64,000 bases of DNA, from contig CAVWWD010000003.1 of assembly GCA_963758635.1 (NCBI GenBank), positions 928,001 through 992,000 of the forward strand. The letters run 5' to 3'. This document shows, piece after piece, positions 61,641 to 64,000 of this stretch. How positions within the stretch are numbered: the stretch's first letter is position 1; the number at the start of each line of letters is the position of its first letter. The notes under the pieces are model-generated. The model was not told the DNA's origin. It saw only the letters and a list, made by a program, of their open reading frames with translations, and did not search any database. The position numbers were made by a program, and so were the translations under genes. The stretch is from an uncultured Candidatus Rokubacteria bacterium (GTDB lineage: Bacteria; Methylomirabilota; Methylomirabilia; Rokubacteriales; CSP1-6).

Positions 61641-62786
61641 ATGCGGGGCGTGACGCGCGCGCTCGCCGTCGTCCTCGTCTGCGCCGTGGCGTGCGTGGGC
61701 GCAGGGGCGCGCGCCGCCGCGCCCGAGCCGGACGCGCACCTCGCCGGGCTGCCCGCAGGACGGTGGACCGAGATCCACCGGCAAGCCTCGTCCGACGAGG
61801 TCACGTTCACGCGCCAGGCCCACGCGGGCAGCGCCTTCGACACGCGGCGCGGCCGTATCGTGGTGTTCGGCTCCGACACGCACGGCCGGGACTGGACCAA
61901 CAGCCCGCTCTACTTCGACGTGGCGCGGCGCCAGTGGCGGCGCGCCTATCCGGACGATGCGCCGCAGACCTACCGCGTCGCCACCGGCGGCCATCCCGTG
62001 GCCGGCGAGGACGGCGATCACCCGTGGGCCATGCATACGTTCGGCGCCGTCACCTACGACCCCGTCCACGACCGGCTGGTGGTCGCGAGCTCTCCCGCGC
62101 ACCTGGCGCCGGGCCGGTTCACGGACGCGATGGCGTCGGTCTGGCCGGGGATCCGGCGCCACCCCACGTGGACCTTCGACCTCGCGACCGAGCGCTGGCG
62201 CCCTCTGGCCGGGCAGGCGGTGAGCTTCTTCCCCTACGCCACGGCGTACGACTCGCACCGCGCCGTCGTGATCGGATATCGGCCCGACGGCGTCTACGAG
62301 CTGCCCATCCGCGACCGCGACCCCTCGTGGCGGCGGGTGGCGAACGCGACGCGCCAGGGGTTCCACACGACCGCGGTGTACGACACCCGCCAGCGCGTGG
62401 TGGTGGTCCTGGGCGACCACCGGCTGACCAACGAGGTGATCGTGTACGATCCGTCCGCGCGCCGGGACCGCGTGATGCCCACGCCGGGCCGGCGGCCGCC
62501 CCCCTTCCAATGTGCGCCGACCGCCTGGGACGAGCCGCGGGGCGTGGTGGTGGCGCTGGTGGACGAGGCGACGGAGGAGAGCGCGGGCCGGCAGGTGCAG
62601 GCGGGGACCTGGCTCTACGACCCGCGCGGCGACGCGTGGACCCGCCTCCCGGGCGGTGACCTGCCGTTCCGCCTCGGGATGAACTACAACCTCCACCACG
62701 ACCCGCGCCACGACGTGCTGCTGCTCGTGGCGGGCCGGCCCACGTCGGTGTGGGCGCTCAGGCTTCGAGCGCAGGCGTTGCCCTAG
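61641..62786 (+). CDS. Exported Kelch-like beta-propeller protein
   Basis: Signal peptide; repeated YD-x4-W blades (TWTFDLATERW, TWLYDPRGDAW). Confidence 0.65.
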   Translation: MRGVTRALAVVLVCAVACVGAGARAAAPEPDAHLAGLPAGRWTEIHRQASSDEVTFTRQAHAGSAFDTRRGRIVVFGSDTHGRDWTNSPLYFDVARRQWRRAYPDDAPQTYRVATGGHPVAGEDGDHPWAMHTFGAVTYDPVHDRLVVASSPAHLAPGRFTDAMASVWPGIRRHPTWTFDLATERWRPLAGQAVSFFPYATAYDSHRAVVIGYRPDGVYELPIRDRDPSWRRVANATRQGFHTTAVYDTRQRVVVVLGDHRLTNEVIVYDPSARRDRVMPTPGRRPPPFQCAPTAWDEPRGVVVALVDEATEESAGRQVQAGTWLYDPRGDAWTRLPGGDLPFRLGMNYNLHHDPRHDVLLLVAGRPTSVWALRLRAQALP

Positions 62787-62790
62787 CCTG

Positions 62791-63297
62791 TCACCCCGGG
62801 AAGCTCCACACCCGGCCCTCGGGGGGCTCGCCGCTCAGCGTGAACTGGGGCAGGGCGAAGTCCTCGCTCAGGTCGTTGAAGACCGCGCGCACCCGCTTGC
62901 CGATGGCCACGTTGGCCTCCGGCTCCGGCCGGCCGTCCGCGGTCACGAGATTGGCGATGATGCGCAGCGCCTCGTCGGCGGTGGGCTTGCCGCGCTGCTC
63001 GTCCAGCTCCACCAGCACCACGGGGTAGGGCGTCCAGTCCTTGAAGCCGGGCTGGATGGCGTGGGCCACGATCTCGTAGGAGTGGATCGTGCCCTTGCCG
63101 CTCACCTCCTGCCAGCGCCACTCGAGGGACTGGCACCACGGGCAGCCGTGGCTCGGCGGGTAGCGCATGAGCCCGCAGCCGGCGCACGCGCGGAGCGAGA
63201 TGGCGTGGCGCTCGCGCGCGAGCTTGAAGTGCTCCCGCCACTCCGAGTCGTTTTCGGGGATCACCAGGTTCATCCCGCGATACTCGACGTTGGGCAT
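62791..63297 (-). CDS. Zn-ribbon OB-fold (DUF35/ChsH2-like) thiolase partner
   Basis: CAGC and CPWC, SGKGTIHSY, PYPVVLVELDE. Confidence 0.88.
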   Translation of the reverse strand: MPNVEYRGMNLVIPENDSEWREHFKLARERHAISLRACAGCGLMRYPPSHGCPWCQSLEWRWQEVSGKGTIHSYEIVAHAIQPGFKDWTPYPVVLVELDEQRGKPTADEALRIIANLVTADGRPEPEANVAIGKRVRAVFNDLSEDFALPQFTLSGEPPEGRVWSFPG

Positions 63298-63304
63298 CTC
63301 TCAA

Positions 63305-63456
63305 GTCTCCTGTCCTGGTTCTACTGCGCTTCCATGTGCGCTCGGCTCGCTTACGGCTCACCTCGCAAGACGGGTCTCCTGTCCTGGTTTCACTGCATTT
63401 CCATGTGACCTCGGCTCGCCTACGGCTCACCTCGCAAAGCAAGCGGCTCACCTCGC
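63305..63456 (-). repeat. 69-bp tandem units, each containing a GNA-triloop hairpin repeat
   Basis: GTCTCCTGTCCTGGTT...CGGCTCACCTCGCAA at 63305 and 63374, partial third copy at 63443. Confidence 0.88.
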
Positions 63457-63459
63457 CAC

Positions 63460-64000
63460 CTAATTTCGCATGATGAGGGCGGAGCCGGTGGCCGGCATGG
63501 CCCAGCCGAGGTTCATGGTGATGTGCGGGTCCTTGACCTGCCGGCACTTCCCCGGGGAGTAGTCGTAGGAGTGCACGCCGTCGGCCGCGCCCGGGCAGTA
63601 GTCGTCGACGGTGCCGCGGAGCTGGCGGACGTTCTCGATGACCATGTTCATGCCGTGCGTGTACGCCTCGCAGAGGTGCCCGCCCGCGGTGTTGTTCGGG
63701 CGCTTGCCGCCCAGCTCGATGATGCCGCTCGACACGTAGGCCCCGCCCTCGCCCTTCTTGCAGAAGCCGTACTCCTCGAGCTGGAGCATGGTCGTGAACG
63801 TGAACGCGTCGTAGGAGCCGGTGATGTCCACGTCCTCGGGCGTGATGCCGGCCTGGCCGAACACGATGTCCTTGGCGTAGTAGCCGGCGACGCGGCTGAT
63901 GGGGCCGTGCGACCAGTGGTACTCCACCCGCGGCTTGCTGACACGGCCGGCCACGCCCATGATGTACGCGGGCTTCCGGCGCAGGTCGCGCGCGAGCGAA
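63460..64000 (-). CDS. SCP-x-type thiolase, C-terminal part (5' end outside window)
   Basis: YDAFTFT, LEEYGFCKKGEG, NTAGGHLCEAYTHG, VRQLRG. Confidence 0.88.
   Translation of the reverse strand, partial: SLARDLRRKPAYIMGVAGRVSKPRVEYHWSHGPISRVAGYYAKDIVFGQAGITPEDVDITGSYDAFTFTTMLQLEEYGFCKKGEGGAYVSSGIIELGGKRPNNTAGGHLCEAYTHGMNMVIENVRQLRGTVDDYCPGAADGVHSYDYSPGKCRQVKDPHITMNLGWAMPATGSALIMRN

Overview
GC-rich (roughly 70%) bacterial chromosomal window with diderm gene content (Tol-Pal, lgt, OmpA). The gene repertoire resembles Ca. Rokubacteria/Methylomirabilota, but that is an inference. Many genes, including conserved ones, carry single-base frameshifts, which points to an unpolished long-read assembly. 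Contents: the 3' end of fhs; two Gld-like ABC-2 operons (ATPase, permease, GldG-like, DUF4340); tolQRAB-pal-cpoB; lgt; an orphan DNA methyltransferase; a tautomerase/DHDPS/LLM catabolic cluster; a ThyX-like gene; an adenylate cyclase-AAA-TPR gene; a Phd-PIN toxin-antitoxin pair; MoxR/VWA genes; an Fe3+-type ABC importer; and a thiolase/OB-fold pair. Main discoveries: (1) Three genes split or truncated in the ORF track have an in-frame TGA exactly at the catalytic Cys position, each followed by a hairpin, so they are probable selenoproteins. Two form an exported peroxiredoxin (TxxU) plus TlpA (UxxC) pair at the end of the first Gld-like operon; the third is a SelW/Rdx (CxxU). (2) A strand-specific hairpin repeat family with GNA triloops and tandem G.A pairs, two copies of which lie in-frame in protein N-termini. 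(3) A His-rich Gld-like ABC operon coupled to HupE/UreJ. (4) Recurrent short duplications of gene boundaries. (5) A lipoprotein plus split His/Cys papain-like enzyme pair. (6) Several probably leaderless genes.
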